A stretch of DNA of 62,974 bases, counting the filler, from Chrysochromulina tobinii (lineage: Eukaryota), in NCBI GenBank assembly GCA_001275005.1. It is 6 parts of 6 records of this genome, joined end to end, with 100 filler letters (N's around TTAATTAATTAA, not from the genome) between each part and the next. Parts side by side here need not be neighbours in the genome. Positions count along the whole stretch, not along the records: positions 12,238 to 24,341 come from JWZX01001441.1; positions 24,442 to 41,861 come from JWZX01001442.1; 4 more parts are not named here. One strand, given 5' to 3'. Below are positions 21,789 to 33,874 of this stretch, in pieces. Position 1 is the stretch's first letter, and each line of letters begins with the position of its first letter. The position numbers and the translations under genes are program-made. The notes beneath the pieces were generated by a model that saw only the letters and a program-made list of their open reading frames with translations, ran no database searches and was not told the DNA's origin.

Positions 21789-23415
21789 CTATCCGTTTCC
21801 GAGTCGCTCATTGGGCCTCAACCTCAAGTCGCCTGACGAGAGCTCTTCTCGCAGCCCCTCGATCTCCTCGGACATTGCTCGCGAGCGCGTATCGTCCAAG
21901 CACCCAATGATGGCCGCGCAGAGGGCCGCAGCGCCCGCGTAGCAAGAAAGCGCCGTCGCGGGCGAGGCCGCCCACACGCCGCCGGCCACGTAAGACGTGG
22001 CGGCGCCAGCGAGGCGGGAAGCGGCCGAGACGAGCCCGAAGCCCGTCGCGCGCAGCCGCGTGGGTAGCCGCTCTGCCGAGAGGACGTACAGCGCTGAGTA
22101 CGAGCCGAAGGCGGCGGCACGACCGACTACCACGAGGGCTACGAGCACGACAGCTGCCTCCATCGACCCTTGGCCGCTCACGAGAATGACGAGCGCCATC
22201 AAGCCGAGTGCAGCGGCGACGATGAGAGTGCCGCCCGAGACAGTGCGCACGCGGCCTGCCCGGTCGATTCGTGGCCGTGGCGAGCAATAGGCCGGGCACC
22301 TCACCGACCGTAGCGAGCAGTGAGGTGGCGTAGTCTGCGTCCGAGGTGCCTGACGCATCAGTAGCGTTGGCGATGGCGGGAGCGGCGGGCGGAAGCGCCG
22401 TTGCGAGCAGCTTGGGCGTCACGAAAATCATCCCAAAATAAGTGAACGTGAGCAGGAACCAGCCCGCACACAGTGCAGCGGAGGCCAGCCGAAGCGACGG
22501 GTGAAATACGGAACCCACGTGCGCGGCGGTAGCGGCGGCGGCATCGAAAGCGCCGTAACGGGCGCACCCGTGCAGCTCACAGCGCTCGCTTACCCTCGGG
22601 ACCGGAGCGCCGTCATGAGCGCCGCCGTCCTCGTCGCACGGCTCGCTCGGTGCACCCGTGTAGCAAGGGGCCGCCACGGCAAGGGCCTCGGCAGGGCCAA
22701 GGGGAGGTGGCTGCCCGTTGGTGATCGCAGCGTGCCGCAAGAGTGCGGCAGCGGACGCTGACTTGCCTCGTGTCGTGAGCCAGCGGGGCGACTCGGGCAC
22801 GCGTCTCGCAAGGCCTAGAGCCAACCAGAGTGGCAGTGTCGAGAGCAGCAGCACCCAGCGCCAGCCGGCCGGCCTGCGCAGCAGAAGCCATACGAGGAGC
22901 ACCTCGACGACGGAGCCTGCTACAAAGAAGAGCTCGAACCACATGAGAAGCGGGCCGCGCGATCGCCGCGGCAGAAGCTCGCTGCAGAGCGCGAAGCCGA
23001 GGTTCGTGCCAGAGAGTCCGAGCCCGACCAGCGCACGCAGCCCGAGGAAGACGAAGATGCCGCCGTCGGGAGCTCCGGCACTCAGCACGCCGCCGACGGC
23101 CGTGATCGACGTGGTGATCAGCCACCCAGCTCGGCGGCCATAGTGGTCTGTGAAGATGCCCCACAATAACGCGCCCACCAGCATGCCCACAAACATGATG
23201 CTGGCGAGCGAATCGGCTGTCGCCTGCGGAACATTCCACTCCACTGCAAGGACGGGAAGGACAAACGCAATCACGGTGAGCTCCATCGCGTCGCCCATCC
23301 ATGTCAACCCGGTGGCACATATCAAAGGCCACTGGAAGCGACCGGCGCCGATGCGTTCCAAGACGTCCTCAAGCGACACAACTTTGTGATGATAGACGGT
23401 CGGCTCGCTGTCCAT
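21789..23415 (-). CDS. SV2/SVOP-like MFS transporter; one apparent 1-nt frameshift at about 22268
   Basis: GLTWMGDAME, DHYGRR, PESPRWL; GEVPGLLLATAT joins IDRAGR...ERLPTRLRATGFG if one A of ACG-AATC is removed. Confidence 0.85.
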
Positions 23416-23699
23416 CCGAGTCCATCACGTCAGGGATCCTTGGTCTGGATTGCGGAGCGCGTCGGAAAGGGTGTGAACGTTAACAGCCGGAAAGGGCTTG
23501 AAAGGGTGTGAAAGTTAACACGACACAACCGGACTGCACAATCCTTGGTGTGTAGGCGCCTCGTGTGAACATGGCTGTTAACACACCGCCGCCGTGGACA
23601 GCGACTACTTTAAACGACCTCTCTCAGCAGATCCCCAATGACGTTCGCTGCTCCGCGATTCACCTCAGAGACTCCCACCAGCGCACGCCGGAGCTCCAC

Positions 23700-24341
23700 T
23701 CAGATAGCCTGTTTTCCATCAACAACCGCCGTCTTCGCGCAAAAAAAAAAACAAAAAAAACCCGCAAAAATCGTTGCAGGATTGCAGACTCTGATAATTG
23801 ATGAATATCGCGGAATCCTGTCAAAATGCTCCACAATCATCTGGAAGTGGTACCAGACGAACTCCTGGGCGCGCCCATAGACGTAGGCGACGCTGCCGAG
23901 CTTCTTCTGCACGTAGTGATGACGCGAGCATGCATTCTGCCTCTGCACGAAGCCGCCTGAGCCTCTTGGAAAGAGCACCGTGTGAGCGGCATTGTCCGGG
24001 CTCGTCATCGGCTCGTCGGACGCAGCAGCCTGTGCTAGGTCGTCGTCGCGTCCTCGTGCATCACGTGGGCGCTTGTCGCCGATGATCTGCTCCTCGCGCA
24101 CGCGCTCATGATCAGCTGCCTGAGGCAGAGGGAGCACAGACACGGCTGCTCCGACGAAGGGCGGGGGCCGCGCGAGGGCACTTTGGGTGCCGGCCGCCCG
24201 CTGTCGCTGGCGGCGCGAGGCCCGATGGCGTTCGTCGTCGGACTCATCGCTGGCATCATCCGAGTCGCTGCTCTCCTCGTGGAGGAGTGGCTGAGAGCCG
24301 TTGAGTTCGCGCTCGAGGCACGTCAGGGTCTCCTCGATGAT
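23700..24341 (-). CDS. Hypothetical C-terminal fragment, possibly continuous across the gap with 24442-25301
   Basis: Frame open from the gap edge (IIEETLTCLERELN...SDSDDASDESDD...) to a stop at 23700. Confidence 0.35.
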   Translation of the reverse strand: MIEETLTCLERELNGSQPLLHEESSDSDDASDESDDERHRASRRQRQRAAGTQSALARPPPFVGAAVSVLPLPQAADHERVREEQIIGDKRPRDARGRDDDLAQAAASDEPMTSPDNAAHTVLFPRGSGGFVQRQNACSRHHYVQKKLGSVAYVYGRAQEFVWYHFQMIVEHFDRIPRYSSIIRVCNPATIFAGFFCFFFCAKTAVVDGKQAI

Positions 24342-24441
24342 NNNNNNNNNNNNNNNNNNNNNNNNNNNNNNNNNNNNNNNNNNNNTTAATTAATTAANNN
24401 NNNNNNNNNNNNNNNNNNNNNNNNNNNNNNNNNNNNNNNNN
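24342..24441. other. Artificial assembly spacer
   Basis: N-run, TTAATTAATTAA, N-run. Confidence 0.99.
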
Positions 24442-25301
24442 GCGGTGGCGGCGGTGGCGGCGGGAGCGACGGCGGCGGCGGCGGCGGCGGCAGTCTCCTT
24501 AGGCGTGGGCGCGGGCGGCCCAGGCAGCGGCGCCGCCGAGCTCCAGTTGTACGAGCAGCCCGCGTCGCAGACGAGGCGGAAGACGTTCACGAGCCCCATA
24601 GAGTGGGAGCTGTGGTAGATGCCCGCCCCGCCGTCGACGCGCTTCAAAGAGCAGCCGCAGCTCCTCGCGTGCTCCTCCACGAGCAGCACGAGGCAGTCGA
24701 GGTTTGGCTGCTCGGCGATGCAGCAGCGCTGAAGCGGGCGCGGGGTGTTGCCCCAGCCGGAGCCGCGCTTCAAGTTGTCGACGGCGTCGGGTTTGACGAG
24801 CTCGAGCGCGCGAGGAGCAGGCGGCCGCGCCGCCTCAGCGGCGCGCTGGGCACCTCTGCTCCCCGCTGCGCCGCTGTGCGCGTCATGCTGCAGGTCGATG
24901 TCATCGAGCGCACCGAGCGTCGTGGCTTTCGGCGCGGCCGGGCGGAGCGAGCCGCCTTTTGCTGGCGGCCGCCACTCGATAACCTCGGTCGGCTCGGCGC
25001 GCCGCCACAGCTTCTTGCCGCACGTGCTCCATCCCAAGCCGCATGCGTGCAACAACGCTTCGACGACATTGCCAGGGTTGGAATGCCAGTTGATCTCGCG
25101 GAGCAAGTGGCTGTTGATCGGGCTGAGCACGTCACTGAGCTCCGTGGTCTTGTCGGCGAACGCCTCGGCAGCGTGTTGAAGGATCGTCTGCAGCACGGAG
25201 ACCACCGACAGACTCACCCGCACCTTTCTGCACTTTTCCGCCACCACAGCACCGGCCTCGGCGTCGCCGACTTCGCGATTCACTCTCGCCTTGGTCGGCA
25301 T
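24442..25301 (-). CDS. Hypothetical protein N-terminus with a Cys/His cluster, possibly Mutator-like transposase zinc region
   Basis: HARSCGCSL...MGLVNVFRLVCDAGCSYNWSS; truncated by the gap; no DDE residues visible. Confidence 0.35.
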
Positions 25302-25478
25302 CGACCACGGACGTCGCCTCAGAGCCCGAACGGGCCGATCCGAGCGCGACTGGAGCCGCCAGGGAGCCCGGCAGCGACGCGCACTAGGGCCATGATTCGT
25401 CCGGGCCCGGACGGGGCTTGCGGAATGGGGGCGTGACGTGGGCCTTAACAGGCCAATTCACACGCTCTCCTTTCACTC

Positions 25479-26144
25479 TTGGCGATGCCGTCGCCTTCGA
25501 AGTCCTCGCCGCCCAAGCGCTTCCGCCCGACGCCGGCTGCGATCGCGAATATCCGGCCGTACAAGCCCGCGGCCACATCGTCAGGTTCCACCTCGAAATC
25601 CGCCGCCAGTCGTAAGCGGCGCTCGGCGGGATCTTCGCGTGTCGGCCGCTTCATTCGGCGGTATGGTGATGGACGGCTTGCCACCGAATCGTGCGAGGCC
25701 GCGCTCAAGCACATCGTCGGCGTGTTCGCCGCCGAGGTCGCCAAGCTTGCGAGCGAGCTTCGCACCGCAGATTCACGTGCAACCGCAACGGCCACTACCG
25801 AGGAGGGCGATGTGCGCAGGGTGCTTGCAAGGCTGCAAGGTGGCGCCCCTCCCCCTCAGGGACGGGATGGAATCCTGGAGCACGTCGACAAGCTCGCCGG
25901 GCACTTGAAGAGCAATAATGCAGAGGCCATTGAGCACGCGCTCGCTCTGCTCGAGGGCTTCGGGGAATGCGATTGGCGCGTACCGATCGACCAGAGCGGC
26001 AGCGCAAAGCCTCCGGTAACCAACCCGTTGACTACCACCTCTGTCGCTCAATCATCCAGCTCAGCAGGGCCCTCGAGCTCAGCGAGGATAGGCGCGCCGG
26101 TGCATTTGCGCGACGCCTTCCTATGTCGTATTGATGACACATGA
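25479..26144 (+). CDS. Hypothetical protein, divergent from 24442-25301
   Basis: 221-aa ORF with helical, protein-like composition. Confidence 0.4.
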   Translation: MAMPSPSKSSPPKRFRPTPAAIANIRPYKPAATSSGSTSKSAASRKRRSAGSSRVGRFIRRYGDGRLATESCEAALKHIVGVFAAEVAKLASELRTADSRATATATTEEGDVRRVLARLQGGAPPPQGRDGILEHVDKLAGHLKSNNAEAIEHALALLEGFGECDWRVPIDQSGSAKPPVTNPLTTTSVAQSSSSAGPSSSARIGAPVHLRDAFLCRIDDT

Positions 26145-26524
26145 CGTTGACAACATGCACGAAGGGTAAGGTAGAGCACACACCAAAACACCACAGGTCA
26201 GCTGTAGCACAGTGTACTCAACTCTCTGAAGGCACGGCACCTACACTAGTCCGTGCAGCGTAGATAAGATCACTAGTCCACTCTCAGGTATACGTTACGA
26301 TAGCTGAGCCCGAGAGAGGGGAAAAGCCTCATCAGCAGCTCCACCAGCACCCATGACAGCACCCTCCCTCCGACCCCGACAGACCGGGGCGGGGGCGCGG
26401 GCGGGCGACCGCGGGGACAGCACCGACCGTGCGACGCGGAAAAAACGCGCGTTTCAGTACTCGTTTGAATCTATATGTATATCATCTTGGCGAGCATAAA
26501 GCGCGCTATGATGGCCTCAGAGTT

Positions 26525-27454
26525 TCAATCGGTGGGAGTCTCGTCCTCGGGCTCTCGACTGTTACCCGTCACGTCGAAGGTGAATGCTGCGTGGACGCCG
26601 TTGGGGACGGCGTTGAGGAAGAGCTTGCCGTTGAGGTAGCGCGCGTGCAGCGCCGCGAGGGGTAACCCGACCCCAAGCCCCTCGAAGGCAGAGCCGAAGG
26701 CGCGAGAGTACGTGTACGTGGCTTCCCGCTCCTTGTTCGTCGTCTGCAAGAAGCGTAGCGCGTGCGATGGCTCGGTGAGCCCACCGCCATAGTCGCTGAC
26801 ACCCACGAAGGCCACCCCGGCTCGCACGCCATGCCGCACTTCTATCGGCGCGAGCTGATCCAGCTTGTCCGCTCCCACACGCCTCACGTGCGCACCCATC
26901 GCGTTCTTGAGGATTTCATGCACTGGGAAGGCGACGAACGGTGCAAGCATCACCGAGTCGGCCGGAGTCGAGGCCTCGCCACCAGCTACTCGGATCTCGG
27001 CCACTCTGATCTCCGGCGAGTCGCCAAATTTCTCGCGGCAAAAGGCACGCGAGTCGTCGATGACATGCTGCAGCAGCGAGCTGAGCTCTGCGGTTGGCAT
27101 CAGCGGTGCCCCTGCTGCAAGTGCCTGGACGAGGGCACGGTTGCCGATAAGACTCGAAAACGAGGATCGTAGTAATCGCTGGCTAGGCGGGCCACTGCGA
27201 GTGGCCTCTGGCAGTTTTCGTAGCGCCTCAACGGCCGCTTGAGAGCCCTCCTCAATCTCCATGAGTGCGGCTGTGTCCTCGGCAGCGGCACTTGCAGCAA
27301 GCCAGCTGCGCTCCAAGCGAGCACGCGCGGGCTGGAGCGCGTCAGGCACGACAGCTGCTGCGAGCGCGGCGTGCTGAGACGCCAATCGCGCACGCAGTTC
27401 TGTCGAGAGCGTCGGCGCCGATGCTGCGGCCAGCTCGCGGAGAGAGAACCGCAT
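26525..27454 (-). CDS. Pyruvate/branched-chain dehydrogenase kinase-like (GHKL ATPase)
   Basis: HEILKNAMGA (N box), VSDYGGGL (G1), GLGVGLPLAALHARYLNG (G2). Start uncertain; frame open to 27718. Confidence 0.8.
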   Translation of the reverse strand: MRFSLRELAAASAPTLSTELRARLASQHAALAAAVVPDALQPARARLERSWLAASAAAEDTAALMEIEEGSQAAVEALRKLPEATRSGPPSQRLLRSSFSSLIGNRALVQALAAGAPLMPTAELSSLLQHVIDDSRAFCREKFGDSPEIRVAEIRVAGGEASTPADSVMLAPFVAFPVHEILKNAMGAHVRRVGADKLDQLAPIEVRHGVRAGVAFVGVSDYGGGLTEPSHALRFLQTTNKEREATYTYSRAFGSAFEGLGVGLPLAALHARYLNGKLFLNAVPNGVHAAFTFDVTGNSREPEDETPTD

Positions 27455-27661
27455 TTGCACGCAGCTCTGCGATGTCGAGAGCGTCGGCGCAGCGGTGCAC
27501 GAGGCAGAGAGGGCAGGGTACAGACACAGTCCAGATGTGGAGTGACGTGCACACCTTCGAAGCGCACCACTTTGGCATTCCAGAACTTTGTGTCTGTCAC
27601 ACCAATCGCCGGGCGCTCGCGCCGAACCCCGACCGCCCGCGCAAACGGCGCGGCAATCCGC

Positions 27662-28417
27662 ATGAATCCGATGCAAGCACGGGGGATAATCGAGCACGCG
27701 GACGAGGGTTCGCATCACTCGGAGCTTGACAGCGTGCTACAAGATCCGCCATGCTCCGAGCCAGCAGTACAGCCACCGCCATTCCCCAGCCCTGCAGCAC
27801 CATGCCCTGAGCCCGCAGCGCCACCGCCGACGCCAGCAGTCGATCCCACGCCTGTGCCAGTGCCAGCGGAGGTTTCCGCCTTGAGTGCCATGCAGTACGG
27901 ACAGACAGGCGGCGACGGTCGCGGCTTAAGCTTCGGCGATCCCAGCGTTGACCCGCACAACGTGCGGCGCTTTGCTTTGCGCCAGGCCGAGGATCACTCG
28001 GCAGCGTTGCGCCAGCTTCGCGCTGGCCGAAAGAGCGGCTGCTGGAGCTGGTGGATCATGCCGACGCCGCCGTTCATCAAGGACGGCCGCGAGGTTGGAA
28101 CAGGCATGAATCGGGAGTATGCGATTCGCAGCGAAGAGGAGGCCAAGGCCTACCTAAGCTTCGGCCAGCTGCGTCAAAACTACCTCGAGATCATGCAGGC
28201 AGTCGCCGACCAGCTCGAGGCGGGCACGACACCGAGCTCGCTTCTCGGAATCGACGTGCCCCGATGCGAGGCGTCCGTGACCTTCTTCCGGCGCATGGGC
28301 GAGAAGGCCGAGGACGCCAAGCTGAGTATGCTCTGTGAGCGCGTCCAGAATTTGCTCGCCTCGTCTGACAAGGGTGCCAAGAAGCGGAGCCTCGCGGGGC
28401 TCCCGAAGCGCCGGTGA
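27662..28417 (+). CDS. DUF1810 (Rv1873-like) family protein with Pro-rich N-terminus
   Basis: DPHNVRRF...ALRQLRAGRKSGCWSWWIMP...YAIRSEEEAKAYL. Confidence 0.75.
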   Translation: MNPMQARGIIEHADEGSHHSELDSVLQDPPCSEPAVQPPPFPSPAAPCPEPAAPPPTPAVDPTPVPVPAEVSALSAMQYGQTGGDGRGLSFGDPSVDPHNVRRFALRQAEDHSAALRQLRAGRKSGCWSWWIMPTPPFIKDGREVGTGMNREYAIRSEEEAKAYLSFGQLRQNYLEIMQAVADQLEAGTTPSSLLGIDVPRCEASVTFFRRMGEKAEDAKLSMLCERVQNLLASSDKGAKKRSLAGLPKRR

Positions 28418-28906
28418 GCGCCAAGCGTGCCCCAGGCACTCTCCGCATAGGAATTCACCTCATAGTCAAACTCCAGCAGCGACACCAGAGCCAGAGGCGG
28501 AGCGCAGAGACCCTGCCAGGGAGCCCCTGAGAGAACATATAATTTACGATACCCATACGCATCATCTCCTCGTCATCGTCTCCCAGGGGCCAGGGTGCCC
28601 ACTATACTCACCTCCCCAGAGACGCAGACCCCACAAAACAAACTACGAAGCCGTACCGGTACCCGTAGCCTTCAACTATCTGCCAATCGCGAATCGGCAC
28701 GCCCGCACATTACTTTTACTTCCTGTTCGCCGGACGACCACGGCTACCCGGTACGACCCTTCTTGCACCCAATGATGCCATTTTTCTCTGAGATACAAAT
28801 CTCAAAGATGACCCGATTGGGAAGCCGCTCGGCCCCAGAAGAGGGACCATCACAACGTGAAGGCGGGGCGGCCTGGCCCTGATAAGTATACCACACTAAG
28901 TCGTCG

Positions 28907-29965
28907 ATGTCGCGCAGGAGGTCGCCGCCAAAGAGGGCAGCCGCTCCGTCAATGAGGGCAGCCTCTCCGCCGCGTGCAAGTCGTGGATCCAGCAAACCTG
29001 CCGTAGAGCCAGTGGCACCCGTCGCTCGGCGCAAAGGCTGGCTTGCGGGCCTGCCTGAGATCAAACAAGGGCCGCTGCGCTGCTGGCCAGGCGGTCAGGG
29101 CTGGCTTTGGGGAGACAACAATGGCAGCTACAATGGGTGGTTCAATTGGCTCCCTGAGCGTCTGCGCGTAGGGCCGTGGCACCCAACGGCGATCATGTTC
29201 CTGGCCGTTTACTATTGTGGATTGTTCTGGGTCCGGCCACCGCTCACCTTCCCCACCAGTAAGGTGGCTGTCGGCTCGCCGTGGTGGTGGGCGGACGTCG
29301 CCACCTTTGCGTGGACCCTGCTCGTGACGATCGTCTCGTGGAAGGACTACGGAGGGAAGTGGCCGTACTTAGTCAGTTACACGGGTTGGTCGTGGTCGAT
29401 GCTCGTCGGAAGAGCAGGCTTCACTGCAGTCGGAGTTTTACTGCAGTCAGAGTTCTTTTTCTGGGAGATCCGCGCCCTCGGGTTGCTGCTGGCGCACGTC
29501 GGCTCGATGCTCCACTGCCCGGCCATCGTGGGCGCGACGGTGACCTTCACGATCTGGAACGCGTTGCTCTTTCCGCTGCTGATGGTGGTATTGCCCCTTG
29601 AGGAGCCGAAAGACGATCGCCACGGCACCGAAGGCACCAACATGTTCAGCGCGCGGCCGAGCTTCCTCAAGTTGAACTTCTCCTTTTTCTTGGTCAACCT
29701 GCACGTCCTGAATCTACCGCTCAGCGCTGTGAATGTGATCGTCGGCGCCGGCGCCCGTGAACTCACCTCCGCGGACTTGTGGATGGCATTTGCAGTGATG
29801 GCGCTGTACTCATGCGTCTACTTGTTTGGGCTTGACCGTTTCGGCCTCCACTTCTACCCCATGTTTAGCCCGCGCTCGCCGCTTTGCCTCGTGGCATACT
29901 GCACGCTCTTTGCCGCCTACGCAGGCATCTGGCGAGCGTGCAACGCGATCGTGGGAGCGTACTAG
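28907..29965 (+). CDS. Hypothetical multi-pass membrane protein
   Basis: 352-aa ORF with about 7 hydrophobic segments (SYTGWSW, NLHVLNLP). Confidence 0.7.
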   Translation: MSRRRSPPKRAAAPSMRAASPPRASRGSSKPAVEPVAPVARRKGWLAGLPEIKQGPLRCWPGGQGWLWGDNNGSYNGWFNWLPERLRVGPWHPTAIMFLAVYYCGLFWVRPPLTFPTSKVAVGSPWWWADVATFAWTLLVTIVSWKDYGGKWPYLVSYTGWSWSMLVGRAGFTAVGVLLQSEFFFWEIRALGLLLAHVGSMLHCPAIVGATVTFTIWNALLFPLLMVVLPLEEPKDDRHGTEGTNMFSARPSFLKLNFSFFLVNLHVLNLPLSAVNVIVGAGARELTSADLWMAFAVMALYSCVYLFGLDRFGLHFYPMFSPRSPLCLVAYCTLFAAYAGIWRACNAIVGAY

Positions 29966-30368
29966 GCAGCGCGTCGCTATGTCAGCCATCGGAGTCTCAG
30001 GAGCGTCGCGCCCATATACATTCGGAGCCTCATGCAAGCCGAGTAAGCAGTAGGAACCATGGTATGGCAGCCACACGACACCCCACACCATTTAGGCGGC
30101 ATGCCGGGTTTTCATGTGTTCATGTGTCCCGAGCCGGACCGCGGTGGACGCGGCCAGGCGCGAGCAACGATGCGCGGTTGTAGTATCTCGGGGTGTGTTC
30201 ATTGTGTTTTCCGCGCGTTTTCTGGTTCTCTCGAGTGTGTGCAGCGCAGACAGTACAAATTTACACGAGGTACAGGGCTACTACCTTCGCGCTACACGCT
30301 CTGCTAGTCCACCGTCGCGATCGACGAGGTGTGTAATCGCCCGATATGGGGCGGGGACGCGACTCACA

Positions 30369-33300
30369 TCAGCGCGTCGCCCGTCGCAACTCGCTGATTC
30401 TAGAATCCTCGTGCGACGACCGCCTGCAGTCCATGGCCCGAAACGACGACGCCTCGGCCACCTCCCAGAGCGGCGTAAAGAAGCCAGCCGCGAGGATGCC
30501 CCCGTAGCCCTTTGCCTGGAAGTCGGGGCCCGTCACAATGTAGTCGGGCAGCGTGTTCGAGAAGGGGCTTCTGGCCATCGGCGGGATCGTGGGCTCGCCC
30601 GCGGCGATCGCGTCGCGCAGCCCGCGGCTGTCGCCCTCGATGATGAGCGCCAGCCCACCGCCCGGCTTGGGGCCGAGAAGAAGGGCGCCCACGCCAGCCG
30701 AGGGCATCTCGCACCCACCTATCGAGAGGGCTCCGGTTGAAGTCCAGGCGACGGCATGTCCGACCTCGCGCCAGTATTGCGCGACGGCTGCACTCGCGAG
30801 GTTGAGCGCGGGGCCGCCGATGAGGACCAGATGCTCGCCTGGGACCTCCAGCGTCGTGGCGAGCGTCGTGGCGTCTGCCCCGACCTCCCTCCGCTGTACT
30901 GAGCCAGGCTCCTTCGACACTAGTTTGATCGCCACGTCAGGAAGGATGGGGGGGGAGTGCGTGCACGTGTGCAGGAACAGGTTTGACAGGTAGACGGCCA
31001 GCATCTCACCCTCGTGCCCTGCGAAACCTCCATCAGCACTTCGATCTGTCGATGCTCCCGCGCCGTAGACGAGGGTAAAGGGCGCTTGGAACACCTGGCG
31101 GATAGGGCCTGCGGTCGCAGGGCTGCGCTCGGCCTCCCTCCAGCTTGCGCGCGTGCACGCCTGCCACGTGTCCTCAGGGAGCAGCCGGCAGAGCTCCCAG
31201 GTTTCGTCACCCCCGAGCTGCACCGCGTGCACCCCGAGCTGCCATGTGTCCTCGCTCGTCGGCGGCGGTGCTGGCACTGGCACGGGATCATCATCAACCT
31301 GAAGAGTGCTCCCCGGAGGAAGGGGCGGCACGCGTAGCCGCCGCACGTTCCGTGTACGGAGCCGGAGCTGCCGCGGCTTCCTCCTTGCCGCCGCGTCGCC
31401 GGTGACTGTAGCGTCTTCCAGTTCTGAGCTGCGGCTGCCGACGCCGTAGAGTCGAACGGACGCCATCTTTCCAGGCACCCGCGCCTGCAGCAACTGCCAA
31501 CCGTTACGACCCTCAAACGATCCGACCGAGTGCGCAACGAGCAGGTAGCCCTCCGGAAGGCTCGGCAACGGCGGCCGAGCACCAGGGGGTCCTCGCCATG
31601 TCGTGTTGAAGAAGCGCCTCATCTCGTCGTCGTTCATCGCGCCACCATCGTTGGGACGATGTGTATCCCACCACCAGTGCTCTTTGCCCGGCAGCTCGGT
31701 GAGCTGCGCATTGGCATAGCCGTTGGCGAGCCGCATGATGCGCCGAGCCCAGAACGGGTGCACTGTCATGTCGGCGTCGCCCGCGCGCACGAGGTGCGGT
31801 ACGTCGGCGAGGAGCGGCAGGTGGAGCTCGACGTGATTGGAGCCGACCGAGGCCCGCAGCAGCGCCTCAAGCTCAGGCTCCACATAGGACGAGGAAATGT
31901 CGCTGACCGATTGATCGAAGAGGAAGTTGGAGTCGCCGTACGTCTCCTTCTTGGCCCATCCCGAGACCGATGCGACGCCAAGAACGCGCGAGGCGGCCTG
32001 GAGCGCCACCACCCACGCGCCGTGCCCCCCCATTGAATGGCCCGCGATGAGCAGCCGCTCCGTATCGATCGGCACGAAAGGTGCGAGGCCGGGCGCGGCC
32101 GCAGTGGCCTCGTTCATATTCGCCAGGGCACGCAACGCGCTGAGCCGTCCGCCCTCCTCCCAATTATGCGCCCCGTGCCGCGTGGGTGCCACAATCCAGA
32201 AGCGCTCCACCCCAAAGGTGAAGTCAGCGTCTGCGCTACCCTCCGGCTTGAACTTGAACGCGTCGGCCGAGTCGCGCACCGGCCGCGACGTTCCGTGCAG
32301 CGCCAGAATTGCGGGGCAGCCGCGGGAGTGGTCGCATAGTTCGGGGTGCAGCGGACAGATCACCGCGGCCGCCGCAACGGCGCCGTCTTGGTCCAGATGT
32401 GTGCACACGATCGACTGGCTGGGGGTTCGGCATTGCACGTTGGCCACACGCACCTTGGCCGTGGCCGGTGCCATCGCGCCGAGCCTGCCGCTCTCGCTGC
32501 TGCTTCTGCTGCTGCTGCCGCCGCCCGGCTCGGCGCCCACGCTCCAATGCGAGACGCACCTCGACCGTCGTCGAGAACGGGGCAAGTGAGCTCTCGTGAG
32601 AGGCGCAGCTTGACGGGCAGCAGACGCACCTGGCCCGGGGCCACGTCGAAGGGTGCTGCGCGGCTCCACGGCTCCCAGTCCGATTCCACATCGGGGCCAT
32701 GGGCGGTCACATTGCGCAACCAGCCGTTGGCACCCGAGTTGCGCACCGGCAGCGCGACGTAGCCGCCACAGATCCGATCGCGCCCAGTCTGGCGGATCGC
32801 ATCAGGGACCATCTCGGGGCTACCGACGCTCCAGCTGGGCGGCCCCTCCCCGCCGCCCGCCGAGGCCATGCTCTGGGCGCTGCTGCTCGGAATGAGCGCG
32901 CATGATGGCGTGGCCTGCACGACGCACCGGACCCGTAGCGCGAGGATGTACGCACCCACCGGTAGGAAGCCCACGCCCAGCCCGCCGCTGCCGTGTGGGC
33001 TGTTGCCGTAGATATCGCCCGCGACGACGCGTGGCGGCAGGTGCGGCGCGAGGGCAGAGTAGAGTTGCACCTTGTGCACGCCCTTGCAGTCGAGCCGATA
33101 GAAGCCCGCCTCAGCCACCGCGAGAGTGCCCATGGCCCACGATTGCACCTCGAGGACAGCTCGTTGTGTCATCGCCTGCATCAGCTGCTGCCAGGGCACC
33201 TCGGGCCAGGCGACGCGGAACAGGCCGTTGGGCTCGGTTCGAACCGTGCGCCACGTCACGCGCCCACCGGCCACGAGCTCCGACGTTACTGCAGCCGGAG

Positions 33301-33694
33301 CCGTGCCGCTGCCATTGTGATGAGTGACCCAGTGTTGGAACGCACCGCCAAGCGCCGCAAGCGGATCGCCGTCCACCTCGTTTTTGCCAATGGGCATGGG
33401 GCCAAAGAGGTCATACGATGCCGGATATTTGGACGACGCCTTGTCGTTCAGGAGGCCTTTCGCCTTCGACAGGAAGGCTGATAAATACTCAAGCTTGGGC
33501 AAGGCGGCCGCAGCCAGCGTCCAGGCGGGAGCGCTGCGCTCTGCACGCTTCTGGCTCAGCTGCTCTACCAAGCACGAGCGAGCCAGCTCAGGCTGTTCAT
33601 GCAGGGCGATGAACTGTCGGATGGCGTCGCTCGTGCGCGAGTGCGGGCACGGCGGCAGCAGCGCCGCCGCTGCCGCGAGCTTGTCGATGGGCAT
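30369..33694 (-). CDS. Large alpha/beta-hydrolase (peptidase S9/esterase-like); frame break near 32544-32582
   Basis: ILALHG, APTRHGAHNWE, AGHSMGGHGAW, GDADMTV, GKEHWWWD. Two overlapping ORFs join if single bases are removed at about 32580 and 32544. Confidence 0.75.
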
Positions 33695-33874
33695 CGCTTG
33701 TATTGTTGGAGGAGAGGCGCAATCGGATGGCGGGCGGCGGGGGCGTCGGGGGCACCCTTTTGCGAGTGTCGCATTTGTGACGTTCTATGAATCACACCCC
33801 TGGAGACTCCCGAAACTGGAGCGTCGTGTTGGTCACTGTTCGTATCAAGGTAACACACACCTCACACATCACTT

